Shown piece after piece: positions 36,805-47,261 of a stretch of DNA of 64,000 bases. The stretch is from positions 26,220-90,219 of the forward strand of contig CAZNOG010000009.1 of the NCBI GenBank assembly GCA_964574635.1, read 5' to 3'. Position 1 is the first letter of the stretch. Each line of letters starts with the position of its first letter. The translations under genes were made by a program, and so were the position numbers. Under the pieces are notes generated by a model. The model saw only the letters and a list, made by a program, of their open reading frames with translations, was not told the origin of the DNA and ran no database searches. Source of the stretch: an uncultured Cryomorphaceae bacterium (lineage in GTDB: Bacteria > Bacteroidota > Bacteroidia > Flavobacteriales_D > Cryomorphaceae).

Positions 36805-37199
36805 AAATAGAAAGCAAAAAAGTATCGGTGAACGCGCCGGCACAAACCGTTTACGACTACGTCTCGAACCTCAACAATTTTCGGGAGTTGCTCCCCCAAG
36901 ACCGCATTGCGGAGTGGGAAAGCGACACGGATTGGTGCAGCTTCAAAGTGCAGGGCACGGCCACCATATCGCTGAAAATCAAAGAGTCGACACCGCCCAA
37001 TTCCCTGGTGCTCGAAAACGGAGAGACCACCCCCTTTCCCATTACGGTTCACATCCATATCCGCGACGTGGACGGTGGGTCGGAAGCGTACCAACAAGTG
37101 GTCGCCGAGGTAAACCCCTTCATGAAAATGATGGTGGAAAAACCCCTCCACAACCTTTTCGACTTTATCGCGGACAGGCTCCAAGAAAAATTCGGATGA
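36801..37199 (+). CDS. SRPBCC (START/polyketide-cyclase-like) family protein
   Basis: MKIESKKVSVNAPAQTVYDYVSNLNNFRELLP..., 132 aa. ATGA overlap with pyrE. The rest of the 315-aa ORF is an Arg-rich artefact. Confidence 0.7.
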   Translation: MKIESKKVSVNAPAQTVYDYVSNLNNFRELLPQDRIAEWESDTDWCSFKVQGTATISLKIKESTPPNSLVLENGETTPFPITVHIHIRDVDGGSEAYQQVVAEVNPFMKMMVEKPLHNLFDFIADRLQEKFG

Positions 37200-37260
37200 C
37201 GGGACCTTGCACCGGTTCTCCGGCCGATCTCCCCGAAGGACGAGACGGGCGGGGCGTTTT

Positions 37261-37276
37261 GGGTTTTCGTGGGTGG
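37261..37276 (-). repeat. dispersed motif variant CCACCCACGAAAACCC
   Basis: The plus strand reads GGGTTTTCGTGGGTGG. Two mismatches to the 16-mer, and the flanking CAAAAC is also shared. Confidence 0.55.
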
Positions 37277-37340
37277 AACGTCCCGAAGGAATTCTCCCTC
37301 AAATTCGAGGGAAACCCATCGAATTGAGTACCTTTCGGTC

Positions 37341-37565
37341 ATGATAACCAAGGAATACTCAAACGGCGAAGTGACCATCGTGTGGAAACCGGATAATTGC
37401 ATCCACTCGGGAAATTGCGTACGGCTCTTGCCCAAGGTATACCGACCGAAGGAAAGACCGTGGATCAGGCCGGAATTCGCAGACGGCCAAACACTGATTA
37501 ACCAAGTCGCACAATGCCCTTCAGGAGCCTTGAGCATCAAAAAAGCAACACATGACGTCGATTGA
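37341..37565 (+). CDS. divergent 4Fe-4S mono-cluster protein
   Basis: MITKEYSNGEVTIVWKPDNCIHSGNCV...QCPSGALS, 74 aa. Overlaps the following GNAT gene. Confidence 0.7.
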   Translation: MITKEYSNGEVTIVWKPDNCIHSGNCVRLLPKVYRPKERPWIRPEFADGQTLINQVAQCPSGALSIKKATHDVD

Positions 37566-37836
37566 AATCGAAGACAACGGGAAAAAGGGTCGTTTTCTGA
37601 TCCGTGAGGATGGCGATGTCGCCGGGGAAATGACCTTCGTTTGGGCCGGTGACAAGCACATCATCATCGAGCACACCAACGTAGACGAAAAACACGGAGG
37701 AAAGGGATTCGGCAAAAAACTGTTGAATCAGGCCGTGCAATTCGCCAGGAGGAAAAACTTGAAGATTACTCCCCTTTGCCCCTTCGCCAAGAAGATGTTC
37801 GACCGCGACGAAGGCATCGCCGACGTGCTCGCGTAA
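37552..37836 (+). CDS. GNAT family N-acetyltransferase (YjdJ-like, short)
   Basis: 94 aa, ...IIIEHTNVDEKHGGKGFGKKLLNQAVQFARRKNLKITPLCPFA. Confidence 0.8.
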   Translation: MTSIEIEDNGKKGRFLIREDGDVAGEMTFVWAGDKHIIIEHTNVDEKHGGKGFGKKLLNQAVQFARRKNLKITPLCPFAKKMFDRDEGIADVLA

Positions 37837-37909
37837 CCGTGTGTGACCAAGGATCCATGTCGATCGTGAGCGGATTGGAACACCGGGAAGGGATTGCCGT
37901 GCCGTAGCC

Positions 37910-37928
37910 ACACCCACGAAAACAAAAA
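37910..37928 (+). repeat. dispersed motif variant ACACCCACGAAAACAAAAA
   Basis: Read directly from the convergent intergenic region between the GNAT and birA genes. Confidence 0.5.
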
Positions 37929-37990
37929 TCACCGCCTGTACGCGGCGTCCGTTTGCATACGCGCCCGTGGACTTTCCTTTCTTCGACGGC

Positions 37991-38746
37991 TCACACCGCG
38001 TATTCCACCTTCACCTGATCGAGGTAGTACCGCTTCTCGAAACCTTTGTCGGTCACCACGCGCAGGGCGCCGTCGTTGTCCACCCCCACGATGCGCGCCC
38101 CGAAAATGTGCCGGCCCTCCTTGAGCGTAATGGGCGCTTGGCTGCCGTAGAGGTACCCGAAGTAAGCGTCGGCGATTTCGCGGTGGCGGCCGGTGAGAAG
38201 CAATTGCAATGCGGAGTTGAGTTCGCCGATCAGCACTTTCAGCACCTGCAGTCGGTCGTGGCGCTCGCCGGTGATTTTGGCGAACGACGTGGCGAGAGGC
38301 AGCCCCTCGAACTCCAGTTGATTAACATTCAACCCAATGCCGCAGATGGTCAATCGGTTTACCCGCCCTTTGTTTTCGATCAGCACGCCGCCGATTTTGG
38401 ACAACCCGATCATCATGTCGTTGGGCCACTTGACCCCCACTTTATGCAAACCGAAAGACTCCAACGTGCGCGCAAGGGCGATGCCGACCACTTTGGATAT
38501 CAAAAACAAACGGTTACCGGGCAGGAAATTGGTTTCCAGGGCGAATGAAAAAGTGAGGTTTTGCCCGCGCTCCGCCTGCCATTTCTTGTTTCGCCTGCCC
38601 CGACCGCCGGTCTGAAAGTCTGCCATTATTACAGCTCCCGGCGAGTAATCGCCCCTTTCCAGTGCTTTGGCAACATAATTGTTCGTGTCGGTGCACGAAT
38701 CCACATGCATTATTTCACCACCAATCATCGCGAGAACATCCTGCAT
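37991..38746 (-). CDS. birA: biotin--[acetyl-CoA-carboxylase] ligase
   Basis: GRGRRNKKW motif and KWPND. The start is uncertain (38746, 38728 or 38710). Confidence 0.85.
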   Translation of the reverse strand: MQDVLAMIGGEIMHVDSCTDTNNYVAKALERGDYSPGAVIMADFQTGGRGRRNKKWQAERGQNLTFSFALETNFLPGNRLFLISKVVGIALARTLESFGLHKVGVKWPNDMMIGLSKIGGVLIENKGRVNRLTICGIGLNVNQLEFEGLPLATSFAKITGERHDRLQVLKVLIGELNSALQLLLTGRHREIADAYFGYLYGSQAPITLKEGRHIFGARIVGVDNDGALRVVTDKGFEKRYYLDQVKVEYAV

Positions 38747-38805
38747 TTTCCTCAACAAGTTTAAACTGCGAAATTGCTTATTTTTGCGAATTGTAAAAAG
38801 ACTGA

Positions 38806-39177
38806 ATGACAAAAAGAACCATTTCTTCCCAAACCCTTGCCGAATCGGTGATTCGGGGTATTCAGGAAGTAAAAGGCCAAAACATCAAATCGATCGATCT
38901 ACGGAAAATCCCCAACGCGGTTAGCGATTATTTTGTGATCTGCCACGGCACCTCCGACACCCACGTGGAAGCCTTGGCCCGCACGGTATTGAAAACCGTG
39001 GAATCCGAACTTTCGGAAACGCCCATGCACAAAGAGGGAACGGAAAACGCCGAGTGGATTTTGCTCGACTACTTCAACGTAGTGGTGCACATCTTCCGGG
39101 AGGAAGCGCGAAAATTCTACAATTTGGAATCTCTTTGGGCCGACGCCGAGGTGGAAGAGATCGAATACCAATTATAA
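38806..39177 (+). CDS. rsfS: ribosome silencing factor
   Basis: DYFVICHGTSDTHVEAL...WILLDYFNVVVHIF..E.R.FY.LE.LW. A TATTTTTG (-7-like TAnnTTTG) lies ~20 nt upstream. Confidence 0.92.
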   Translation: MTKRTISSQTLAESVIRGIQEVKGQNIKSIDLRKIPNAVSDYFVICHGTSDTHVEALARTVLKTVESELSETPMHKEGTENAEWILLDYFNVVVHIFREEARKFYNLESLWADAEVEEIEYQL

Positions 39178-39187
39178 GCGAACAACC

Positions 39188-41398
39188 ATGCCGGAAAGCA
39201 ATAATCAAGACCGATACAAGAACTTGAAGAACAAGCCGCCGACGGGAAAGGATGACGGGAAAAACCCCAAGCGACCGTTCAATTTCTACTGGATTTACGC
39301 CATCATCGTGGTGGTGCTCATCTCCCTGAACCTGTTCAACTGGAACGGGAGCATGACCAACATCAACCTGCCCAAGTTTGAGGAGATGGTGAAGAATGGC
39401 GACGTGCAACGCGTGGTCATTTACAACAAGCAGATGGCCGAGGTGTACCTCAAGCCCGAAGCCCTGAAGAAAGAAGAGCACAAGAGCAAAACTAAAGAGC
39501 CCTTGATTACCGGCGCCGAAGGTGCCGGACCCCAATACAAATTCGACATCGGCCCACCGGACAGCTTTCAGGAGAAACTCGACGTGTGGAGCCGTGAATA
39601 CGACCTTTCTTACGATTACAAAACCCGCAGCGAGTGGGGCAAGGAAATTTTCACCTGGTTGATTTTCATCGCCATCATGATCGCCGTGTGGATGTTTGTC
39701 ATGCGGCGGATCAGCGGTGGGGGCGGCGCAGGCGGCCAGCTCTTCAACATCGGGAAATCGCGGGCACAGCTCTTTGACAAATCCCGGGGCGTGAACGTCA
39801 CCTTCGACGACGTGGCCGGCTTGGAAGGCGCCAAGGAAGAGGTGCAGGAGATCGTAGACTTTTTGAAAAACCCCAAGAGATACACCCAATTGGGAGCGAA
39901 GATTCCCAAAGGCGCATTGCTTGTAGGCCCTCCGGGTACGGGGAAAACACTTCTGGCCAAAGCCGTCGCCGGCGAAGCCCAAGTGCCCTTCTTTTCACTG
40001 TCCGGTTCCGACTTCGTGGAGATGTTCGTCGGCGTGGGTGCATCGCGTGTGCGCGACTTGTTCAAGCAAGCCAAAGAAAAAGCGCCCGCCATCATCTTTA
40101 TCGACGAGATCGACGCCATCGGGCGCGCGCGTGGCAAGAGCGCCAGCATGGGCGCCAACGACGAACGCGAAAACACGCTCAACCAACTGCTCACCGAAAT
40201 GGACGGCTTCGGCACCAACAGCGGTGTCATCATCCTCGCCGCGACCAACCGCGCCGACGTGCTCGACAGGGCCCTGATGCGGGCCGGACGTTTCGACCGG
40301 CAGATCTACGTCGATATGCCCGACCTCAACGAGAGGAAGGCCATCTTCAAAGTTCACCTCAAGCCCATCAAGTACGACGACAGCGTAGACATCGATTTCC
40401 TCGCCAAGCAAACGCCGGGCTTCAGCGGTGCCGACATCGCCAATATTTGCAACGAGGCCGCGCTGATCGCCGCCCGCCGCAACAAAAAGCAGGTGACCCG
40501 CGACGATTTTCTCGACGCCGTAGACCGCATCATCGGCGGATTGGAAAAGAAAAACAAAATCATCACCAAGAAAGAGAAGGAAATCATCGCATATCACGAG
40601 GCCGGGCACGCCACCGTTTCGTGGCTGCTGGAACACGCTTCTCCTTTGGTGAAAGTGACCATCGTGCCGAGGGGGCAATCCCTGGGCGCGGCTTGGTACC
40701 TGCCCGAAGAAAGACAACTCAACACCGTGGCTCAGATCCTCGACGAAATGTGCGCCGCCTTGGGTGGACGCGCCGCCGAATACGTGGTGCTCAACGAAAT
40801 TTCCACCGGTGCGCTGAGCGATCTTGAAAAAGTCACCAAACAAGCCTACGCCATGGTGACCGTGTACGGACTCAACAAGGAAGTGGGCAACCTCAGCTTC
40901 TACGATTCCAGTGGTTCGTCGGAGTACAACTTCACCAAACCGTACAGCGAAAAAACCGCCGAAATCATCGACCGGGAAGTCAAAAGCATTATCGACAGCC
41001 AGTTCCAACGCGCGGTGGACATCCTCACGGAAAACCGTGAAAAGCTCACCGAACTCGCGCAAATCCTCCTCGAAAAAGAAGTCATCTTCAAAGACGACCT
41101 CGTGAACATCTTCGGCAAACGCCCATACGATGAGGAAGAGCACCTCATTCCGGACAGCACCCACGCCAAACTGAATACGGCGAAAACGACCGACAGTCCG
41201 GCCGATTCCGCCCCGGATTCGCCCACCGAAGGCCGGGAAGGCGGGACACCGGCGACCCCCGAACGGCAGGCGCCGGAAAGCGGTAGCAACGGAAGCGATT
41301 CCAAGGAACTGAAGCGCGACGAGGAAGAAGAACCCGGGGCGTATGTGTCGGATTCGGACGACGCCACCGACCCCCGCAACCCCGACGAAAACAAATGA
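39188..41398 (+). CDS. ftsH: ATP-dependent zinc metalloprotease FtsH (with ~90-aa acidic/Pro-rich C-terminal tail)
   Basis: [13 protein letters not shown], an SRH region, and the HEAGHA zinc motif; 736 aa. Confidence 0.97.
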   Translation: MPESNNQDRYKNLKNKPPTGKDDGKNPKRPFNFYWIYAIIVVVLISLNLFNWNGSMTNINLPKFEEMVKNGDVQRVVIYNKQMAEVYLKPEALKKEEHKSKTKEPLITGAEGAGPQYKFDIGPPDSFQEKLDVWSREYDLSYDYKTRSEWGKEIFTWLIFIAIMIAVWMFVMRRISGGGGAGGQLFNIGKSRAQLFDKSRGVNVTFDDVAGLEGAKEEVQEIVDFLKNPKRYTQLGAKIPKGALLVGPPGTGKTLLAKAVAGEAQVPFFSLSGSDFVEMFVGVGASRVRDLFKQAKEKAPAIIFIDEIDAIGRARGKSASMGANDERENTLNQLLTEMDGFGTNSGVIILAATNRADVLDRALMRAGRFDRQIYVDMPDLNERKAIFKVHLKPIKYDDSVDIDFLAKQTPGFSGADIANICNEAALIAARRNKKQVTRDDFLDAVDRIIGGLEKKNKIITKKEKEIIAYHEAGHATVSWLLEHASPLVKVTIVPRGQSLGAAWYLPEERQLNTVAQILDEMCAALGGRAAEYVVLNEISTGALSDLEKVTKQAYAMVTVYGLNKEVGNLSFYDSSGSSEYNFTKPYSEKTAEIIDREVKSIIDSQFQRAVDILTENREKLTELAQILLEKEVIFKDDLVNIFGKRPYDEEEHLIPDSTHAKLNTAKTTDSPADSAPDSPTEGREGGTPATPERQAPESGSNGSDSKELKRDEEEEPGAYVSDSDDATDPRNPDENK

Positions 41399-41410
41399 AT
41401 CTTCCGGCAG

Positions 41411-41620
41411 ATGATGCTATCCGATTGGGTGAGCGTATTCAGTTCGACGCAACTCCACCAAGTGGAGCTGTTGAAGCAACTTTTGGATCGGGAAAACATT
41501 CCCTGCATCATCCTCAATCGCCGCGATTCGTTCTACATCACCATCGGGGAAATTGACCTTATGGTGCCCCGAGATCAAGCCGTACGCGCCAAAAAAGTGG
41601 TAACAGACTCCGCATTGTGA
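41411..41620 (+). CDS. DUF2007-like small protein
   Basis: 69 aa, conserved in position between ftsH and cdsA. Overlaps the cdsA start. Confidence 0.65.
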   Translation: MMLSDWVSVFSSTQLHQVELLKQLLDRENIPCIILNRRDSFYITIGEIDLMVPRDQAVRAKKVVTDSAL

Positions 41621-42435
41621 AAGAGCTCGCAGTCAGATTGTCCACCGGACTGGTCTTCATGGTGATCGTCGTCGGAAGCATCATGCTCAACCCGTACACC
41701 CTCGGGTTGCTGTTTTACGTCGTGGGCATCCTCGGACTGCTCGAATATTACAGCCTTTGCAAAGTCGGAGGCGTACACACCCAAGACGTGCTCGGTTTCA
41801 TCACCGGGTCGGTGCTGTACCTCACCATCGAACTGTACAAATTGGGATCCGCATCGGGGGTCATCATTTCGGTGAGCATTCCCTTTTTCGTGGCCATTTT
41901 CATTTTCGAATTGTTCCGCCGCCGCCCCGATCCCTTCACAAACATCGCCCACACGGTCATCGGGATCATGTACGTCATGGCCCCGTTGGCGCTGCTCAAC
42001 ATCTTCACCTTCGACGAAATCATCCACGAAACTCACCGCCTCGTGGTGCTCGGCTTTTTCGTCATTTTGTGGCTCAACGATACCGGCGCGTACGCATTCG
42101 GACGTCTGTTCGGAAAACGCAAACTGTTTCCCCGCATCTCCCCCAACAAATCGATCGAGGGCTTGGTGGGCGGTGCGCTATCGGCCCTGGCCGGCGCGTG
42201 GTGCATGTACCTGTACTCCGACACCCTCATGATGCACCAGTGGTTCACGCTGGCCGCCATCATCATTTTGGGCGCCACCTTCGGCGACCTCGTGGAGTCC
42301 ATGCTCAAACGCAGCCTGAAAGTCAAAGATTCCGGCAAGATCCTGCCCGGGCACGGCGGCATCCTCGACCGTTTCGACGGCGTGCTTTTGGCAAGCCCGT
42401 TGGCATTTACGTACTTTATGTTGTTCGTACACTAA
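41617..42435 (+). CDS. cdsA: phosphatidate cytidylyltransferase
   Basis: Signature SMLKRSLKVKDSGKILPGHGGILDRFD. Confidence 0.92.
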   Translation: MKELAVRLSTGLVFMVIVVGSIMLNPYTLGLLFYVVGILGLLEYYSLCKVGGVHTQDVLGFITGSVLYLTIELYKLGSASGVIISVSIPFFVAIFIFELFRRRPDPFTNIAHTVIGIMYVMAPLALLNIFTFDEIIHETHRLVVLGFFVILWLNDTGAYAFGRLFGKRKLFPRISPNKSIEGLVGGALSALAGAWCMYLYSDTLMMHQWFTLAAIIILGATFGDLVESMLKRSLKVKDSGKILPGHGGILDRFDGVLLASPLAFTYFMLFVH

Positions 42436-42447
42436 AAATCCCTTTTC

Positions 42448-43122
42448 ATGAGATTTCACCGCGAAGGCAACAAAATCATCGCCACCACCCTGCTCGCACT
42501 GTTGATCATCAACGCGGCCGCCATTTGGTGGCTATCGGCCGCCTATACGGCCATCATCATCATGGCTTCCCTCATCGTCGCCGTGCTCGTCTTGCAGTTT
42601 TTCCGCGTACCCAAACGCCACCCCACCACCGGCGACAATCTGGTGATTTCTCCCGCCGACGGCAAAGTGGTGGCCATAGAAGTGGTGGACGAACCCGAGG
42701 TACTCGGCGACAAAAGATTGCAGATCAGCATCTTCATGTCGCCCCTCAACGTGCACATCAATTGGTTCCCGATCAGCGGGGAGGTGAGCTACCACAAGTA
42801 CCACCCGGGCAAATACTTGGTGGCGTGGCACCCCAAATCGAGCACGGAAAACGAAAGGACCACCGTGGTGGTGCGGCACAAATCCGGCGTGGAAGTGCTC
42901 TTCCGCCAAATCGCGGGTGCCGTGGCCCGACGCATCATCTGCTACCCGCGACAAGGCGACGCCGCCGTGCAGGGCACCGAGTTTGGCTTCATCAAATTCG
43001 GTTCCCGGGTCGACGTATTCTTACCGGTCGACACGGAAGTGAAGGTAGAATTGGACCAAGTCGTCAAAGGATCGGTATCGGTGTTGGCCGAATTGCCCAC
43101 GACGCCGGGCACTCCGAATTGA
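42448..43122 (+). CDS. psd: phosphatidylserine decarboxylase (short type)
   Basis: 224 aa with FIKFGSRVDVFLP at the self-cleavage region. Confidence 0.9.
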   Translation: MRFHREGNKIIATTLLALLIINAAAIWWLSAAYTAIIIMASLIVAVLVLQFFRVPKRHPTTGDNLVISPADGKVVAIEVVDEPEVLGDKRLQISIFMSPLNVHINWFPISGEVSYHKYHPGKYLVAWHPKSSTENERTTVVVRHKSGVEVLFRQIAGAVARRIICYPRQGDAAVQGTEFGFIKFGSRVDVFLPVDTEVKVELDQVVKGSVSVLAELPTTPGTPN

Positions 43123-43128
43123 TTTTCC

Positions 43129-43144
43129 GGGTTTTTGTGGGTGT
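43129..43144 (-). repeat. dispersed motif ACACCCACAAAAACCC, copy (minus orientation)
   Basis: The plus strand reads GGGTTTTTGTGGGTGT, 7 nt after the psd stop. Confidence 0.8.
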
Positions 43145-43162
43145 AACCTCGGCCCGAAAGTA

Positions 43163-43855
43163 TTAGAGCAGGGTTTTCAGCTCCGCCAAATCGGCGATCT
43201 CATAAGTGGGCTTCTCCGAGTGTTCCACCTTATCCGGATTGTACAGCGCACCGTCCATGCGGATGTTTCGCGCACCGGCAATGTCAGTATCCGGGTCGTC
43301 GCCCACCATGAGCGATTCTTCCGAACCCGTGCCGGCCAATGCGAATGCAAATTCGAACACCTCCTTTCCCGGCTTGCGGGCGGAAGCGCGTTCGCTGGTC
43401 ACCACGTGTTTGAAATAGGGTCCCAACCCCGACCTATCGAGCTTCAGGTGCTGCACGTCTTCAAAACCGTTGGTGATGATGTGGAGTTCGTACTTATCCC
43501 GCAGATACTCCAAAGTTTCAATGGCGTTGGGCACCACGGCCGTTTTCATCGGGCTGCCCATGAGGTACGCCTCGCCCAGTCTCTCCCCCAAAACCCTGTC
43601 TCGGCATCCCAGGTGCTCCAAGGTTTTGACGAACCTCAATTCCCGCAGGTGCTTCGTCGACATGCGGCCGTTTCGGTATCGGGCCCACAGCCCTTTGTTG
43701 ATGGTTTCATACACTCCGATGAACACTTCCACCGATCGAACCCCGTAGTTCATCAAGGAGAACTCGGCGTACAGTTCGGTGAGGGTGGCCCTGGAATTGG
43801 CGTCGAAATCCCACAACGTGCGATCGAGATCGAAAAATATGTGTTTGTACTTCAT
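43163..43855 (-). CDS. HAD family hydrolase (YjjG-like nucleotidase)
   Basis: FFDLDRTLWDF DxD motif and a C-terminal GDD.DTDI. Confidence 0.85.
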   Translation of the reverse strand: MKYKHIFFDLDRTLWDFDANSRATLTELYAEFSLMNYGVRSVEVFIGVYETINKGLWARYRNGRMSTKHLRELRFVKTLEHLGCRDRVLGERLGEAYLMGSPMKTAVVPNAIETLEYLRDKYELHIITNGFEDVQHLKLDRSGLGPYFKHVVTSERASARKPGKEVFEFAFALAGTGSEESLMVGDDPDTDIAGARNIRMDGALYNPDKVEHSEKPTYEIADLAELKTLL

Positions 43856-43891
43856 TAAATCCGACTTAACCGGCGCGGGGCGCCGAGTCGA

Positions 43892-44539
43892 TTATTTCCG
43901 GCCGTAACTCAAGTCGCCGGAGTCGCCAAGACCCGGTACGATGTACGCTTGTGCGGTCAGGGCATCGTCGATCGCCCCGATCCAGATGGTGGTGTTTTTC
44001 GGAAGGTTCATGCGCACGTGGTCGATGCCGTCTTGGGTGGCCACCAAACACGCAATGTGGGTGTGCAGGGGCGCACCTTTCGCCACCAAGGCTTTGTACA
44101 CGTGCACCATGGATGTGCCGGTCGCCAACATGGGGTCGACCAAAATAAGTTCCTTGCCCTCCAAATTCGGACAGCTCAAGTACTCCACTTCCACTTTAAA
44201 GCCTCCGTGGTCTTTCTCGTGCATGCGGAACGCCGACACGAACGCGCTGTCGGCCTCGTCGAAATAGTTGAGAAATCCCTGATGAAAGGGCAATCCCGCC
44301 CTCAAAATGGTGGCCAAAATCGGCTGTTGTTCCAGTACGCGCATGTGGGCCGTCCCCAAAGGGGTGATCACCTCTTCGGTTTTGTAGTCCAATACCTTGC
44401 TTATTTCATAAGCCATCAATTCTCCCGTCCTCTCCATGTTCCTTCGAAACCGCATGCGGTCCGTCTGGATCTTTTCATCGCGCATTTCGCGCAAAAACTG
44501 ATTGAAAATGGAGTTGGCGAGTCCGATTTCGTTGACCAT
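43892..44539 (-). CDS. upp: uracil phosphoribosyltransferase
   Basis: ILRAGLP, LVDPMLATGTS, YIVPGLGDSGD. Confidence 0.93.
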   Translation of the reverse strand: MVNEIGLANSIFNQFLREMRDEKIQTDRMRFRRNMERTGELMAYEISKVLDYKTEEVITPLGTAHMRVLEQQPILATILRAGLPFHQGFLNYFDEADSAFVSAFRMHEKDHGGFKVEVEYLSCPNLEGKELILVDPMLATGTSMVHVYKALVAKGAPLHTHIACLVATQDGIDHVRMNLPKNTTIWIGAIDDALTAQAYIVPGLGDSGDLSYGRK

Positions 44540-44568
44540 AAATTCGGGTGGTTTTTGAGTCCGTAAAA

Positions 44569-45882
44569 TTAGCCATTTATGCGGGTTTCCCGCACGTGAT
44601 CCGCAAAGCCTTCAAACACGGCTTTCCAACCCGCCCATTCGCCGAAATCCGACAGGGAATGGTTGTGCCAAACGGTGGTGAACAACCCGCCCGTGGCGCG
44701 CTGCGATTCGTACAAGGCGATCATGGCGTCGAGGGCCTCTGAAGGCCGCAGACCGCTGTACACCTTCATGGCGCTGTCCATGGCGTGAAGGGGCACCAAC
44801 CGAATTCCCGGCCTTGTATCGCTCACGGGATCGTAAAAATCGTGCGGAAACCCGGTTCCGGATCGGAAACCGATGCGGTCGTGGTACCCCATGGAGTAGT
44901 CGCGTTCGATACCCGCCTTGGCCAAGTGGGCGAACGTATGGGGCAAGGCGAATCTCAGAAAATGTTGTCGCGACGCCTTCACCTTCTCGCCCAGGGTCTC
45001 TTCGAGCAGCGCGAGCTCCGCCCCGATCCTTTCAGGTTCCTCCAAACTTTTGTACGAGGGGTGAAGCCCCACCGTGAAGGTGGTTTTCAATCGCCTGGCG
45101 AGGTCTTGCATGAGCTCGTTCGAAAGGTCCAGGTTGATGTCGTAGCCCGAACGCTCGCCGACCAACATAAACACGTGGTTTTGGTCCGCGTCGGCGGCGA
45201 CTTCGGAGATGTACGCGTAGGTGTCGTACGGGTCGTCGGCGTGACCGCCCAAAACCTTCCTCCGAAGTTTGAGGCGCTTCCAGTCTCCCGCGGCCAAGTC
45301 CTTCACGGCGCTGCCCCACCTGCGCACCACTCCACGACCCCGAAACGCGTACGCGATGTCCACGTCCACCGTATTGTTCCATCTCAACGGGCGGGGTTGA
45401 GCCGATACAGGAGCGCCCATTTTGCGCAGTCGATTTTCGAACCGCAGAAGCCATAGGTCGAGGTAGGGTTTGTCGAGGTAGGTGGAGAAGCGGGACTGTT
45501 CGGAAGAAAACCGCCCGTGTTCGTCGCGGTTTCGGATCAAGTACTCTTCGTAGCGGCTAAGGACGAAAAACGCAAGGGAAAACACGTCGCATTCGAACAT
45601 GGAATCCCCCTCTTCGGCGAAGACCAGGGGCAAGCCATCACGATCTCCCACTTCGGGCAGGGATTGACGCAACCCCCGTTCGGCGCAGAGCCCGGCGTCG
45701 GGCACCCGAATCCCACGGGCCCCTCCGGGCAGGTCTATGCCGTAGGCGACGACGAAACTCTCCGCGTCGATGCTTTCACCTTCGGTTTTCAGGGCATGGG
45801 GAATGCGCAGAAATTCCCCGAAAACAAAATCCAGGGCGTATTCCAACCGCGGCGAACGAAAAGGACTGATAACGGTGATCAT
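44569..45882 (-). CDS. polysaccharide-deacetylase-like protein (tentative)
   Basis: 437-aa clean ORF. It resembles the conserved Bacteroidota family annotated as polysaccharide deacetylase (..VDVDIAYAF.., ..TTVWHNHSL). The function is a recollection only. Confidence 0.5.
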   Translation of the reverse strand: MITVISPFRSPRLEYALDFVFGEFLRIPHALKTEGESIDAESFVVAYGIDLPGGARGIRVPDAGLCAERGLRQSLPEVGDRDGLPLVFAEEGDSMFECDVFSLAFFVLSRYEEYLIRNRDEHGRFSSEQSRFSTYLDKPYLDLWLLRFENRLRKMGAPVSAQPRPLRWNNTVDVDIAYAFRGRGVVRRWGSAVKDLAAGDWKRLKLRRKVLGGHADDPYDTYAYISEVAADADQNHVFMLVGERSGYDINLDLSNELMQDLARRLKTTFTVGLHPSYKSLEEPERIGAELALLEETLGEKVKASRQHFLRFALPHTFAHLAKAGIERDYSMGYHDRIGFRSGTGFPHDFYDPVSDTRPGIRLVPLHAMDSAMKVYSGLRPSEALDAMIALYESQRATGGLFTTVWHNHSLSDFGEWAGWKAVFEGFADHVRETRING

Positions 45883-45964
45883 GCGCGGACAAACCTAATA
45901 AAATAGACCCCTTCGAACCGCGGTGGAACCAAAAATACCCGGGTCTCGCACTCCGAAAGTCCCA

Positions 45965-46660
45965 TCAGAGGATGCCTTCATCGGCGAAGCTGTAGTACCC
46001 TTGGTCGGTGAAAATCAAATGATCGAGGACGGGAATATCGAGAAGCGTTCCTGCTTGGACGAGCTTCTTGGTAAGGGCTTTGTCTTCGGGGCTGGGATAG
46101 AGCGTACCGCTGGGATGGTTGTGGCAGAGGATGATAGCCGAGGACAACCGCGCGATCGCCGGTTTGAAGATCAGTCTCTGATCGACGACCGTGCCTGAGA
46201 TACCTCCCCTGCTGATGTTGATTTTGTCTTTCACTTTGTGCCCCCGATCGAGCAACAGCACCCAAAACTCCTCGTGGTCGATGTCGCCGAAGTGGGTCAC
46301 CATGAGTTTGTACACGTCTTGGCTCGAGGTGATCTTTACTTTCTCCTCGGTGCTTTCCGCCCGACGTCGCCGACCCAACTCGAGGGCGGCCAGGATGGTG
46401 ATGGCCTTGGCCTCCCCCACTCCTTTGAACTCTTTCAGGTCGTCGATGCTCAATCGGCCGAGGTTGTTGAGCTTGTTGCCGTAACTCTGCAGGATTTCTT
46501 TGGCCAGGTCCACCGCCGAAGTGTTTCGGCTTCCCGAGCCGAGCATGATGGCGATGAGCTCCGCGTCGGAGAGGGCGTATCGGCCTTTGGCTTGAAACTT
46601 TTCCCTGGGTCGGTCGTCTTCGGCCCAAGCGGTGATGGCCGTCTTTTGTGGGGTCTTCAT
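45965..46660 (-). CDS. radC: RadC-family JAB/MPN domain protein
   Basis: An HhH region (LKEFKGVGEAKAITILAALELGRR) and the JAMM motif HNHPSG. Confidence 0.9.
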   Translation of the reverse strand: MKTPQKTAITAWAEDDRPREKFQAKGRYALSDAELIAIMLGSGSRNTSAVDLAKEILQSYGNKLNNLGRLSIDDLKEFKGVGEAKAITILAALELGRRRRAESTEEKVKITSSQDVYKLMVTHFGDIDHEEFWVLLLDRGHKVKDKINISRGGISGTVVDQRLIFKPAIARLSSAIILCHNHPSGTLYPSPEDKALTKKLVQAGTLLDIPVLDHLIFTDQGYYSFADEGIL

Positions 46661-46727
46661 TCTTCCTCGTTTGAAGCGAAGATATGAAAAATCCGCTCTT
46701 CCGCACTGAATGCCAAGGCCCCGAATC

Positions 46728-46752
46728 GAAAAAGCCCCACCGTGCGGTGGGG
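46728..46752 (-). terminator. rho-independent terminator after rpsT
   Basis: The minus strand reads GCCCCACC-GCAC-GGTGGGGC followed by TTTTT. Confidence 0.8.
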
Positions 46753-46782
46753 CTTGGAATATTTTACGCGATTCTCGACGAA

Positions 46783-47034
46783 TCAGAGCGCGTTCACGTG
46801 GCGGTGCAACTTCGACTTGAGGTTGGCCGCTTTGTTTCTGTGGATGATGTTTTTCTTGGACAGACGGTCGATCATGGATGACACCTCCGGAAGGAGCTCT
46901 TCGGCCGCCTTCTTGTCGGTGGTCAAACGAAGTTTCTTGATGGCGTTGCGCGCCGTCTTGTGCTGGTAGCGATTGCGCTCCCGCGTTTTTTGCGTTGAGC
47001 GAATGCGTTTTAGGGCTGATTTGTGATTTGCCAT
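46783..47034 (-). CDS. rpsT: 30S ribosomal protein S20
   Basis: MANHKSALKRIRSTQKTRERNRYQHKT...; 83 aa inside a longer spurious ORF. Confidence 0.93.
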   Translation of the reverse strand: MANHKSALKRIRSTQKTRERNRYQHKTARNAIKKLRLTTDKKAAEELLPEVSSMIDRLSKKNIIHRNKAANLKSKLHRHVNAL

Positions 47035-47261
47035 TCCGGTTATTCTTGATTGCCGACCTCGAAGATCGGATGTACGCTTCTTGAAAACAGGGTGCAAAGA
47101 TAAAAATCTTTCGCGAACCGCAAACGGAAATTCATGCAATCGATGAAATTCCCCCCTCGGGCTCGGCTCCGTCGGAAAATCGCGGCCCAATCGGCGATTC
47201 TCCCCTGCCGAATGGTTATGTTTGTGACCTCGAAACAACACCCGAAAAACACTACCCCGCC

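Noticed and set aside
39188-41398. The FtsH C-terminal acidic/Pro-rich ~90-aa tail as a separate or fused gene
   Set aside because: It is continuous in frame with FtsH and has no internal start signal. Variable low-complexity tails are common in FtsH.
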